Positions 40,962-50,235 of a stretch of DNA of 64,000 nt are shown here, one piece after another. The DNA is taken from NCBI GenBank assembly GCA_965262915.1, contig OZ253564.1, positions 1,536,001-1,600,000 of the forward strand, given 5' to 3'. The stretch is from Candidatus Spongiisociaceae bacterium. GTDB taxonomy: Bacteria > Actinomycetota > Acidimicrobiia > Spongiisociales > Spongiisociaceae. Positions within the stretch are counted from its first letter, which is position 1, and every line of letters begins with the position of its first letter. The translations under genes were made by a program, and so were the position numbers. A model generated the notes under the pieces. That model had not been told where the DNA came from, ran no database searches, and saw only the letters and a program-made list of their open reading frames with translations.

Positions 40962-41365
40962 ATAGGCTGATGATCTGCCGGTCCTGGCGCAGACGGGCTC
41001 ACAGCGCGGCTTGCCGATCCGATCCCAGCGATACGGGTCTTCTTCAAGATGATTCCTAACGTCGCATCAGGAAACAACATACAGGTCGACGCGGACGGTT
41101 TCGATTATCAGCGCGCCTGGCTCGAACCTTAGACCGTATCCCGGTCTGATGTCAGGTACGTCTCTCAGCCGGCGTCGGCAGCCGGATCGACGGCGACATC
41201 GATGATCATGTCTTCTTGTCATCCCACGACGCCGCGGCGTTCCATCTCGGGTAGGACATCCTTGGTGTCGACGTCGAACAGCCATGGAGAGAGCCGAAAC
41301 CGCCGACCCCGGCCAACCGGTGCGCCATCCTCTGCTGCCCGGCGAGATCACAACGAGAAGGCCAC
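40962..41365. repeat. Mosaic of diverged copies of nearby sequences (permease fragment, SBP start/intergenic/dmpG end, CRTAC1 5' end)
   Basis: 40962-41030 ~ 41690-41760; 41037-41280 ~ 44421-44660; 41281-41365 ~ 40869-40955. Confidence 0.85.
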
Positions 41366-41382
41366 GCTCGACATCACGCGGC

Positions 41383-42435
41383 TCACAGGTTGCGCTGACG
41401 CCTGACCTGATCGAGGGCGACAGCGACGATCAGCAACCCTCCGGTGACGGCAAACTGCCAGCCGGGCCGGGTGGCTTTGATGATGAGCCCCGTCTGCAAC
41501 GTGATGGGTATGAACGCACCGATCACCGTGCCGAGGATGGTGGCTGCGCCACCGAAGAGGGACGTGCCGCCGAGCACCACCGCGGTGATCGCATCAAGCG
41601 CGGTGAAGGCGTGGCCGCCCAGGTTGGTCGCCGCAAATCTGGCGACGTCGAGCAGCCCGGCGAGACCACAACAGAAGCCGACCAGCGCAAACAGGCTGAT
41701 GATGTGCCGGTCCTGGCGGAGCCCGGCCCGCAGCGCGGCTTGCCGATCCGATCCCAGCGCAACAGTCCGTAGGCCATACCTGGTCCGTTTCAGCACGATC
41801 CCGCCGCTGATCGCCACGACGGCCATGATGATCACCATGGCCGGGATCACGTCGAAGAGCTCCAGGGCGGCAAACTCGCTCTGCAGCTGCCGGGGGATGT
41901 ACTGGATGTTGATACCACCGGTGAGACCCAGCGCTGCGCCTTGGAGAACGCCAAACATACCCAACGTGACGATGAACGAGTTGACGTGCAGCTTGGTGAC
42001 GAGCAAACCGTTCACGATCCCGATAAGGGTGCCGACGACAATCGCCGCACTGAAGCCGACGATGAGGGCGATGGTGAGATTCGGGTAGATGCGCTGTGAC
42101 ACCTGCTCCGTGGTACCCGCCAGGTCGACGATCAGCCTCGCCGCCACGATCTGGCACACCACGATGTTGGTACCCACCGACAGGTCCAGTTCACCGGCAC
42201 CCAACAGATACGTCATGCCGACCGCAACGATGATCAGAACCGAAGCGTTGGTAGCCATGCTCCTGAAGTTGGTGAACCTCAGGAACACGCCTTCGGTCAG
42301 CACCGCGAAGATCACGATGGTGAGGACCAGGAACACAGTAACCCAGAAGACGCTGCTCCTGGTCAACAGCCAGCGCACGACCCGCTGGCCCCGGCTTTGC
42401 TCCTCCTGCGTACGCGGGTCGGCTGCCACCGCCAT
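41383..42435 (-). CDS. Sugar ABC transporter permease (RbsC-like)
   Basis: ELDLSVG, SFIVTLG, AVVLGGTSLFGG. Confidence 0.93.
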   Translation of the reverse strand: MAVAADPRTQEEQSRGQRVVRWLLTRSSVFWVTVFLVLTIVIFAVLTEGVFLRFTNFRSMATNASVLIIVAVGMTYLLGAGELDLSVGTNIVVCQIVAARLIVDLAGTTEQVSQRIYPNLTIALIVGFSAAIVVGTLIGIVNGLLVTKLHVNSFIVTLGMFGVLQGAALGLTGGINIQYIPRQLQSEFAALELFDVIPAMVIIMAVVAISGGIVLKRTRYGLRTVALGSDRQAALRAGLRQDRHIISLFALVGFCCGLAGLLDVARFAATNLGGHAFTALDAITAVVLGGTSLFGGAATILGTVIGAFIPITLQTGLIIKATRPGWQFAVTGGLLIVAVALDQVRRQRNL

Positions 42436-43205
42436 CAGCCGCTGGGCCCGTCTGATTCCCCGATGGCCGCACCCATCATGATGTCGATGACGCTCCGGAC
42501 CGACAGGTCCTCTGCCGGCTCTATCGCCACCACTCGGCCGTGCCTCATGACGGCGACCTTGTCAGCGAACTCCAACACCTGCCGGAGGTCGTGAGACACG
42601 ACCACGACGGCGACGCCCGAAGCGGCGGCTGCTTCCATTGCGTTGTAAACCATGGCCGTCTGCTGTGCGCCGAGGGCCGCGGTGGGCTCGTCCATCATCA
42701 TGCAGCCATAGCCGTAGGTCAACCCGCGGGCAACCGCCAGCGACTGGCGCTGCCCGCCCGAAAGGTTCCGTACCGGCTCGGTGATCTTGGGGAGCGATAT
42801 CTGGAGACGGCTCAGCCGCTCCTCCGTTTGTCTGGCGGCGGCTTTACGGTCCAGAAAACCGAGCTTTCCGGCAAACCCGCCCACCACCGGCTCATGTCCC
42901 AGAACGAGGTTCTCGGCCGCGGTGAGGTCAGGCGCCAACGCTAGGTCCTGGTAGACGATGTGAACACCACGTTCGTGAGCATCACGGACGCTGTGGAAGT
43001 TGACGACCTCACCCTCGAACTCAACGTGCCCTTCGTCCGGAACCAACTCTCCACCCAGGACCCGGACCAGCGTCGTCTTACCGGCACCGTTGTCTCCCAC
43101 CAACGCCAGCATCTCGCCGGAATGGACCGCCAACGTTGTCCCGTTCAGGGCGCGGATATGCCCGAAGTCGACGACGACATCGCGAGCTTCCATGAGCGGT
43201 TGCAC
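42435..43205 (-). CDS. Sugar ABC transporter ATP-binding protein
   Basis: GDNGAGKT, LSGGQRQ, MDEPTAALG, SH. Confidence 0.95.
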   Translation of the reverse strand: MQPLMEARDVVVDFGHIRALNGTTLAVHSGEMLALVGDNGAGKTTLVRVLGGELVPDEGHVEFEGEVVNFHSVRDAHERGVHIVYQDLALAPDLTAAENLVLGHEPVVGGFAGKLGFLDRKAAARQTEERLSRLQISLPKITEPVRNLSGGQRQSLAVARGLTYGYGCMMMDEPTAALGAQQTAMVYNAMEAAAASGVAVVVVSHDLRQVLEFADKVAVMRHGRVVAIEPAEDLSVRSVIDIMMGAAIGESDGPSG

Positions 43206-43248
43206 TCGTTCCGCCTCCCTCAGGCTCGACCGACGGAGCGTCCCGTCG

Positions 43249-43271
43249 GCTGAGAGGGCGCGCCTCTCAGC
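43249..43271. terminator. Stem-loop between the SBP and ATPase genes (mRNA stabiliser or attenuator)
   Basis: GCTGAGAGG-GCGCG-CCTCTCAGC, 9-bp perfect stem; further hairpins adjacent. Confidence 0.5.
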
Positions 43272-43312
43272 GCGCCGCTAAGACGGCGCCCCATGCTGTC
43301 AGGCCTGGGGCG

Positions 43313-44434
43313 CTAGCACTCGGCGACGTAGAACTGCTGCACGATCGCCGGATCGCTCATGTTGTCGCGATCCACCCAGATCGACGCGACGGCGACAGCC
43401 CGCTCCAGGCTATCGGGGTCGATCTCGCCCCGGATGATGCCGATGAGCGTGTTGACCGATTCGACACCCATCTGATAGGGCTGCTGACCGACCAGACCGT
43501 CGATGACTCCGGATTCGAGGTCAGCGAGAAAGTCGGGGAACAGGTCCCACGTGATCACGTCGACCTGATCCTCGAGCCCGGCGGCCGCAATGGCCGAGGC
43601 GGCGCCCTGCGCGGTGGTGCCGTTGCTTGTGTAGACGGCCACCAGGTCCGGGTTGGCCTCGATGATGGCCGCGAGGCCGTTAGCCGCAGTGGTCGCATCG
43701 TTGTCGGACCAAACGGTCGGCAGGACAGTCAGATCCGGTCGCAGCTCCAGGATGCCAGGCGCCCCGAACGTGCCGCTGAGGAAACCGTTGATACGCCTCG
43801 AGTTCCCATGACCCGGGCTGATCCCGATGATCGCCAACGATCCGTCCTGTGCAGCACTCTCCGCCATCTTCGAGGCGGCGAGCGCTCCGCCCAGGAACGG
43901 GTCAGTCGCCCTTCCCTGGACCGCGACCGGCGGATCCACGATCACGTCGAAGGTGACAACGGGGATTCCCTCGTTGATCCTGGCCTCGATCCAAGGGTTC
44001 GCGGCCGAGAAATCGTGGGGGACGTATGCGATCCCGTCCGGATCTTGGAGCAGCACAGCATCGAGGATAGGCTGCTGCACGTCCAAGCCCCACGAGTCCG
44101 CCGCCTGGACCGAGTACGTCACGCCTCCCGCTGCTTCAGCTGCGGCCTGGGCGCCGCAGGCAAAGGTCGTGTAGAAGCTGTCGTGGAGTCCCGGGATCAA
44201 TGCGAGGTGGATGTCTTCGGCCGGAGCGGCCATTGTCGTGGCCGCCGTTGTCGTCGTGGCGGAGGTGGTGGCCGGCGCCGCGGTCGTGGCCGGCGCCGAG
44301 GTGGTGGCCGGGGCAGAGGTGGTGGCCGGCGCAACTGTCGTCGTCACTTCGGCATCATCACCACAGGCCGCCGCTACCAGAGCAAAGGCGAGCAAGACGG
44401 CCAACAGCGGAACGGTACGAGTCCTCTTCAACAT
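43313..44434 (-). CDS. Sugar ABC transporter substrate-binding lipoprotein
   Basis: Lipobox AAAC-G; (APATTS)n linker; RbsB-like GIPVVTFD, QQPYQMG. Confidence 0.9.
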   Translation of the reverse strand: MLKRTRTVPLLAVLLAFALVAAACGDDAEVTTTVAPATTSAPATTSAPATTAAPATTSATTTTAATTMAAPAEDIHLALIPGLHDSFYTTFACGAQAAAEAAGGVTYSVQAADSWGLDVQQPILDAVLLQDPDGIAYVPHDFSAANPWIEARINEGIPVVTFDVIVDPPVAVQGRATDPFLGGALAASKMAESAAQDGSLAIIGISPGHGNSRRINGFLSGTFGAPGILELRPDLTVLPTVWSDNDATTAANGLAAIIEANPDLVAVYTSNGTTAQGAASAIAAAGLEDQVDVITWDLFPDFLADLESGVIDGLVGQQPYQMGVESVNTLIGIIRGEIDPDSLERAVAVASIWVDRDNMSDPAIVQQFYVAEC

Positions 44435-44547
44435 GATTCCTTGCCTTCCATCAGAAACAACCTGCAGGCCGACGCCGACGGTTTCAGTTATCAGCGGGCC
44501 TGGCTCGAACCTTAGTCCGTATAGCGGTTGATTGTCAGGGGCGTTTC

Positions 44548-45552
44548 TCAGCCGGCGTCGGCAGCCAACTCGATGGCGACATCGATGATCATGTCTTCTT
44601 GTCCCCCCACGACGCCGCGGCGCCCCAGTTCAAGGAGGATGTCCTTGGTGTCGACATCGAATCGCTGTGCAGCGCGTTTGGCGTGAAGCAAAAAGGATCC
44701 GTACACGCCTGCATAACCCAGCAGCAATCCGTCCCTGTCGATAATGCCCTGCTCCGGCTGCATGGGCCGCACGACGTCCTCGGCGACATCCATGACTGCC
44801 AGCGGATCGATACCCGTCGCCACGCCGGTCTTCTCGAACGCGGCAATGAGGATCTCGGTGGGGCAGTTTCCGGCACCTGCGCCGAGACCGGTAGTGCAGC
44901 CGTCTATCTGGTCGACACCTTCCTCATAGGCGGCCATCGAGTTGGCGACCCCCAGCGACAAATTGTTGTGGGCATGGATACCAACCTGGACATCGAGATT
45001 GGCCTTGAGGGCCGCGACACGGGATCTGGCGTCGTTGATCGTCATGGCCCCCGCGGAGTCGACGACATAAACGCAATCGGCTCCATAAGACTCCATGAGC
45101 TTTGCCTGCTCCACCAGCTGTGGGGCAGTGATCATGTGAGCCATCATCAGAAAGCCGACGGTCTCCATACCGAGCGTCTTCGCCAGATGGATGTGTTGTT
45201 CGGAGATGTCGGCTTCCGTGCAATGAGTAGCGATGCGGGCCACGCTTGCGCCGATATGGGCTGCCTCTACGAGATCGTCCTTGATGCCGATGCCGGGCAG
45301 CATGAGGACGGCGATCTTGGCGCTCTCGGCCTCATCCACCGCAACACGCAGCAGGTTCCTCTCGCTGGTGTGGCTGAACCCGTAGTTGAACGACGATCCG
45401 CCGAGGCCGTCGCCGTGGGAGACCTCGATGACGGGCACACCGGCGGTGTCCAACCCGCGGACCACCGCCCTCACCTGGTCTTCGGTGAACTGATGCGCCA
45501 AGGCGTGTGATCCGTCCCGCAGGGTCGAATCGGTGAGCCTGAAGCCGCTCAC
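44548..45552 (-). CDS. dmpG: 4-hydroxy-2-oxovalerate aldolase
   Basis: [40 protein letters not shown]. Confidence 0.95.
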   Translation of the reverse strand: MSGFRLTDSTLRDGSHALAHQFTEDQVRAVVRGLDTAGVPVIEVSHGDGLGGSSFNYGFSHTSERNLLRVAVDEAESAKIAVLMLPGIGIKDDLVEAAHIGASVARIATHCTEADISEQHIHLAKTLGMETVGFLMMAHMITAPQLVEQAKLMESYGADCVYVVDSAGAMTINDARSRVAALKANLDVQVGIHAHNNLSLGVANSMAAYEEGVDQIDGCTTGLGAGAGNCPTEILIAAFEKTGVATGIDPLAVMDVAEDVVRPMQPEQGIIDRDGLLLGYAGVYGSFLLHAKRAAQRFDVDTKDILLELGRRGVVGGQEDMIIDVAIELAADAG

Positions 45553-46478
45553 GACGAAGCCGCCTCGTCGTTGAGGTTGTGGGCGATGGCCTCGCCGACT
45601 CGGATGGCGGCTGCCGTCATGATGTCGAGGTTGCCTGCGTACGGTGGGAAGTAGTCGGCGGCCCCTTCCACTTCGAGCAGAGCGATGACACGCGCGGGAA
45701 CGGGACCGCCGGGGGTGATGTAGCGCCCCTCGTCGAACACCGGGTCGGCCTTGAGGCGATAGCCGGGCACGTAGTCGCTGACCTGATCCACCATGTCGAG
45801 GATCGACTTGGTCACCGTGGCCTCGTCGAAGCCTTCGGCGAGGCCACAAAAGACCGTGTTGCGCATGATGATCGGTGGCTCTGCCGGATTGAGGACCATG
45901 ATCGCCTTCCCAACGGCGGCGCCTCCTACCTCCTCGAGTGCCCGCGACGTGGTCTTGGTGAACTCGTCGATGTTCTGTCTCGTGCCGGGTCCGGCCGATT
46001 TGGAAGCCACGGTGGAGACGATCTCCGCGTAAGGCACTTCAGCCACCGCGCACACGGAGGCGACGATCGGGACGGTCGCCTGGCCACCGCACGTAATCAG
46101 GTTGACGTTCGGTGCGTCGAGATGCTCGGCGAGGTTCACTGTCGGCACGACGTTGGGTCCCTGTTTTGCCGGTGTGAGATCTATCGCTCTGAGCCCGGCG
46201 GCTGCGTACAAGGGAGCGTTGTGCTGGTGCACCCGGGCGGTGGTGGCCTCGAAGATTATCGCGAAATCATCGGCCTGCTCGATGAGCCAGTCGGCGCCTT
46301 TATGGCTGGTCTCGACACCGAGCTCCCGAGCCCTCGCCAGACCATCCGAGTCGGGATCGATGCCCACCATGGCCCTGAGATCGAGCGCATCGGAGCGTTT
46401 GAGCTTGTACATGAGGTCTGTGCCGATGTTCCCGGAGCCGACGATGGCGACAGGTGCCGGGAGGGTGCGGGATGTCAC
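45549..46478 (-). CDS. dmpF: Acetaldehyde dehydrogenase (acylating)
   Basis: [41 protein letters not shown]. Confidence 0.95.
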   Translation of the reverse strand: MTSRTLPAPVAIVGSGNIGTDLMYKLKRSDALDLRAMVGIDPDSDGLARARELGVETSHKGADWLIEQADDFAIIFEATTARVHQHNAPLYAAAGLRAIDLTPAKQGPNVVPTVNLAEHLDAPNVNLITCGGQATVPIVASVCAVAEVPYAEIVSTVASKSAGPGTRQNIDEFTKTTSRALEEVGGAAVGKAIMVLNPAEPPIIMRNTVFCGLAEGFDEATVTKSILDMVDQVSDYVPGYRLKADPVFDEGRYITPGGPVPARVIALLEVEGAADYFPPYAGNLDIMTAAAIRVGEAIAHNLNDEAASS

Positions 46479-47224
46479 GGCGAGTTACCTTCCCGCGACG
46501 TGGGCTCGCCGGCGAAGTCGACCAGGACGCCTTCGTATGCTTCGCGCAATACTGCGGCGTCGACCCCGATGAAGAGAATGTCTGCGCCCTTCTCCCGCCA
46601 CCACCTCGCGTTGGCTCCGGTCGCGGAGAAGACGCCAACCGAGACTCCCTCGCTCTTCGCGATCCGGATCACCCCTTCGATGGCGGCCACGACTTCGGGA
46701 TGCGCTGTCTCGCCGGGATGGCCGAGGGCCACCGACATATCGTACGGACCCAAGAACACGGCGTTGACGCCTTGAGCCTGCATGATCTCCAAGGCGTTGG
46801 CCAGACCGCTCACACCTTCGATCATGCAGATCACTTCGATTTCGTCGTCGGCATCCTCGACGAACCCGGCTCGTGCACCGTAACCGCCGGCGCGGACGAA
46901 CGGATTGAAGCCGCGGCCGCCACTGAACTTGGCGACCTCGACTGCGTGCGCCGCCGCTTCGGCCTTGGCGATGTGGGGGACTACGATGCCGGTGACCCCA
47001 ACGTCGAGCGCCCTCCCGATGGCCTCCGAATGGCTCGAGTCCACGCGAACCAGGCAGTCGGCGCCGAAGGCACGGGCTGCCGCGACCAATGGCGGGAGAT
47101 CGGAGACGGTCATCGGGCCGTGTTCGAGATCGATGAGCACGCCGTCGAAGCCTGCCGTGAGGACCACTTCGACGATCTCCAAGCGGGGGATTGACACCAA
47201 CGAGACGGTGCGCACTCTTGCCAT
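46475..47224 (-). CDS. HpcH/HpaI-family class II pyruvate aldolase
   Basis: [21 protein letters not shown]; start uncertain. Confidence 0.88.
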   Translation of the reverse strand: MARVRTVSLVSIPRLEIVEVVLTAGFDGVLIDLEHGPMTVSDLPPLVAAARAFGADCLVRVDSSHSEAIGRALDVGVTGIVVPHIAKAEAAAHAVEVAKFSGGRGFNPFVRAGGYGARAGFVEDADDEIEVICMIEGVSGLANALEIMQAQGVNAVFLGPYDMSVALGHPGETAHPEVVAAIEGVIRIAKSEGVSVGVFSATGANARWWREKGADILFIGVDAAVLREAYEGVLVDFAGEPTSREGNSP

Positions 47225-47240
47225 CAGCCCACGCCGACAC

Positions 47241-48416
47241 TCATTCGACCCGCTCCTCGGCTTGGACACTCGCGACAGTCGAGATGTCAGGTGAGAACCC
47301 GTGCCCGACGTCATCGGGCACGGCCATCCATCCCTCCTCGTCGAGTCTGTCCGCGGGGTCGAAATACGGATCCACGAATGGGTTGCCGGTGGCGTCCCAC
47401 TCTATGAGGAACCCGTTGTCGAGCGACGCCACCAGGTGCGTGTTGACGTGCATCGACATTGCGCTGTTGAGCGAGTGGGGGACGGCTAGGGCGCCATAGG
47501 CGCTGGCCATGGCTGCGATGCGCCTGGCCTCGGAGAGACCTCCGCACCAGCAGGCGTCCGGCTGAACGACATCGACCGCTCCCGCCGCCAGTAGGTCGCG
47601 GTACGCATATCGGGTGTATTCGGTTTCGAACCCGGCGATTCGTACGCCGTAACGATCTCGAATCCGGCTGGCGTGCCCGTAGTGGTCGGCGCTCACCGGT
47701 TCCTCGAGGAAAAAAAGGTCAGCGTCCTGGATCCGGTCGAGGAAGTTGATGGCAGTCGGCGCATCCCACTCGGTATTGGCATCGATCATCAGCAGCGAGT
47801 CTTCGCCGATTGCCTCCCTCACCGCCATGACCCGTTCGGCGTCCTGGGCCAGTGAGTAGGTGTCCGGGCGATCCCAAACTCTGGACCATTTCCTCTCTTG
47901 GCGGCCGACCTTCATCTTGAATGCACGGAAGCCCCGTTGCCGGTTGCCGGATACTTCTGCGACGAGCTGCTCCAGATCCTTGTCCGGCGCATAGAAGGCC
48001 GCGCTGGCGTACGGCATGACCTTCGATGACATCCGGCCCAGCACGTCGACAAGCGGCAAGTTGGCGCGGATGGCGAGGATGTCCCACAGGGCGATATCGA
48101 TGCCGCCCATCGCGGCGACAACCGCTCCCCGCCTACCGTGCTGGGCGGTGTGCTGGTACATCTTCTCCCACAGATAGTGGATCGCGGACGGATCCTCTCC
48201 GCGCACCAGCGGGAACAACTCGTAGCGGAGGATCGCCGAAGTGACCGAAGCCGGCCCGCCCCACACCGCAGGTTCGCCCCATCCTTCCAGGCCGTCCCCT
48301 GTCGTGAGTCGTACCCACATCGCTTCGCGCGCTCGGACACGATGGCGTGCGTCGGAGAATTCGGGAATCGCCTGTCGCAACGTGAAGACATCCATCGCGA
48401 CGATGTGGTCAGTCAT
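47241..48416 (-). CDS. Mandelate racemase/enolase-superfamily enzyme (probable acid-sugar dehydratase)
   Basis: DIALWD, KMK, IDAN, EEP, E, QPD, terminal H; metal ligands present. Confidence 0.9.
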   Translation of the reverse strand: MTDHIVAMDVFTLRQAIPEFSDARHRVRAREAMWVRLTTGDGLEGWGEPAVWGGPASVTSAILRYELFPLVRGEDPSAIHYLWEKMYQHTAQHGRRGAVVAAMGGIDIALWDILAIRANLPLVDVLGRMSSKVMPYASAAFYAPDKDLEQLVAEVSGNRQRGFRAFKMKVGRQERKWSRVWDRPDTYSLAQDAERVMAVREAIGEDSLLMIDANTEWDAPTAINFLDRIQDADLFFLEEPVSADHYGHASRIRDRYGVRIAGFETEYTRYAYRDLLAAGAVDVVQPDACWCGGLSEARRIAAMASAYGALAVPHSLNSAMSMHVNTHLVASLDNGFLIEWDATGNPFVDPYFDPADRLDEEGWMAVPDDVGHGFSPDISTVASVQAEERVE

Positions 48417-49218
48417 TGTCCCTCCATTCGATCGGGCGTGGCCATGAGGCTGCGGCGGCAGCGGCTTCGACCGACCCTGAGGCGGCATGGCCCGGCCAGA
48501 GTTCGTCTGCTGCCGCCAGCAACCTGGACACGGACCGAATCGTCTCGTAAGCGTCGAGTGCGGTCGTCGGCACTGCACCTTGCTCGAGGTGGATTTCGGT
48601 GAGGAGAAGATCCCCGAGCAGGGCAACTCTCCGATCGGCGCATACGTCTCCGACGAGAGCGACCGACCCCTTCGTATGACCACCGACTCTGAGCAACTCG
48701 ACGCCGTCGGCGAGGTTCTCCCTTTCGCCGTCCCACGCAATGAGCCGGCTCTGGGATTCGAGCTTGGCGAGTGTCGCCCGAGTGCCGGGGGTGATCTGCC
48801 AGGTAGGGATCACATTCATAACGTACGGAGAGTCCAATACTTCCAGCTCGTGGGCGTGGACCCAGACCTGGGCGCGTGGCAGCCAGTCGAGTGCCCCTGC
48901 GTGATCATGGTGAAGGTGCGATACCACGGCCACGTCGATGTCCTCGGCCCCGAGCCCGTGAGCCGCGAGCGCTCTGCGCACAGAGGCTTCATCTCCGGCC
49001 GCGTAACCGAAGCCGGGACCTATGGCCTCGTCGACGAATCGGTGGGTGATCTCGATGTCGGCGACGAGCCCACCATCGAACAGGATCTTCTTCTCGCCCG
49101 CCTCGACGAGGAAGGCCCAAACCCCCAACTCGGTGCGAGGCTGCTTCACGAGGCCGGCCATGAAGCCCGGTACGGTGATTTCGCCGATTCGCAGCGGGGT
49201 GATGGTGCAGTAGGTCAT
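48409..49218 (-). CDS. Metallo-beta-lactamase-fold lactonase (AHL-lactonase-like)
   Basis: SHLHHDHAG, GHTKG, GD, PGH. Confidence 0.85.
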   Translation of the reverse strand: MTYCTITPLRIGEITVPGFMAGLVKQPRTELGVWAFLVEAGEKKILFDGGLVADIEITHRFVDEAIGPGFGYAAGDEASVRRALAAHGLGAEDIDVAVVSHLHHDHAGALDWLPRAQVWVHAHELEVLDSPYVMNVIPTWQITPGTRATLAKLESQSRLIAWDGERENLADGVELLRVGGHTKGSVALVGDVCADRRVALLGDLLLTEIHLEQGAVPTTALDAYETIRSVSRLLAAADELWPGHAASGSVEAAAAAASWPRPIEWRDND

Positions 49219-49237
49219 GTGCGGCCTCGAAATGGCT

Positions 49238-49999
49238 TCAGATGACCGTCATGGTCATCGCCCCGTCAACGGAGAAGGCGTGGCCGTGCACGAACGAGGC
49301 CTCGTCGCTGCACAGCCAAGTTACGGCGGCTGCGATCTCGGCGGGCCGGCCAAAGCGCCCGATGGGAAGTTGGCGAAGCATCCATCCCTCCGCCTCCGGG
49401 TTCTCTTTCCAGAACTCGACGTTCATTCCGGTGGCGATGTGGCCCGGACAGACGCAGTTGATGCGGATGCCTTGTGTGGCGTACTCCGCCGCCGCCGCTC
49501 TGGTCAGTCCGACGACGCCGTGTTTGCTCGCCACGTAGGCGCTCACGTTGGCGAGCGCGACCAGACCGAGAGCCGACGCCGCGTTGACGATTGAACCCTT
49601 GCCGTTGTCCAGCATCACCTCGAGCTGGTATTTCATGCACAGAAAAACGCCGGTGAGGTTGACGGCGACTGTGTTCGAGAACTCGTCGGACGTGTGCTCG
49701 TGGAGCGGTTTGCCGAGGCCGCCGACGCCTGCATTGTTGAACGCAAAGTCGAGGCCTCCGAGTTGCCGGGTCGTCTGTTCCACGGCGCCGCGCACATCGT
49801 CTTCAGCAGTTACGTCGGCTTCTATGCCGATGGCCCGGATCCCCTTCGACTCGAGAAGTTGGAGCGTCGTGTCGATTCCTGTCGGGTCGCGGTCGACGAC
49901 GGCGACCCGACAGCCCTTCTCCCCGAACCGAGCAGCGGTTGTCTGGCCGATCCCGGATCCGGCTCCAGTAACAAAGGCGACTGGTTCTCCTTCGAACAT
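49238..49999 (-). CDS. SDR family NAD(P)-dependent dehydrogenase
   Basis: TGAGSGIG, NNAG, YVASKH. Confidence 0.95.
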   Translation of the reverse strand: MFEGEPVAFVTGAGSGIGQTTAARFGEKGCRVAVVDRDPTGIDTTLQLLESKGIRAIGIEADVTAEDDVRGAVEQTTRQLGGLDFAFNNAGVGGLGKPLHEHTSDEFSNTVAVNLTGVFLCMKYQLEVMLDNGKGSIVNAASALGLVALANVSAYVASKHGVVGLTRAAAAEYATQGIRINCVCPGHIATGMNVEFWKENPEAEGWMLRQLPIGRFGRPAEIAAAVTWLCSDEASFVHGHAFSVDGAMTMTVI

Positions 50000-50027
50000 G
50001 AGTGCTCCGATCTGGCGGACCTACCGA

Positions 50028-50128
50028 GGAGAGTGCTGAGCAATCCACCGGCGGCCCGTCGGTCAACGATAAAATACCCGGTCAACGAGCGACGGGCCAA
50101 CAGCAATCGTCATTGTTCAGCCTTCTCC
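50028..50128. mobile_element. ~100-bp palindromic MITE-like element, copy 1
   Basis: Imperfect TIR GGAGAGTGCTGAGCAA...TTGTTCAGCCTTCTCC; internal GGCCCGTCG/CGACGGGCC; homologous to 57151-57250. Confidence 0.7.
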
Positions 50129-50235
50129 GAGAACCACGATAATCAGCAACGTGAACACGGCCCGGCAAATGGTACAGTTGTCACAACCACGGAGCGTCCG
50201 GCGTGATGCCGGCTGAGCGGGGCGGAGGTTGGTTG

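Noticed and set aside
44250-44345. 18-bp repeats in the SBP gene as a contingency locus
   Set aside because: This is an ordinary in-frame Thr/Ala/Pro linker after the lipobox.
40869-44660. Diversity-generating retroelement TR/VR pairs
   Set aside because: Mismatches between the duplicated segments involve all bases plus indels, and there is no reverse transcriptase in the window.
48409-49218. Quorum-quenching role for the AHL-lactonase-like gene
   Set aside because: Not excluded, but its position between an SDR and a dehydratase-like gene fits a sugar-lactone lactonase better.
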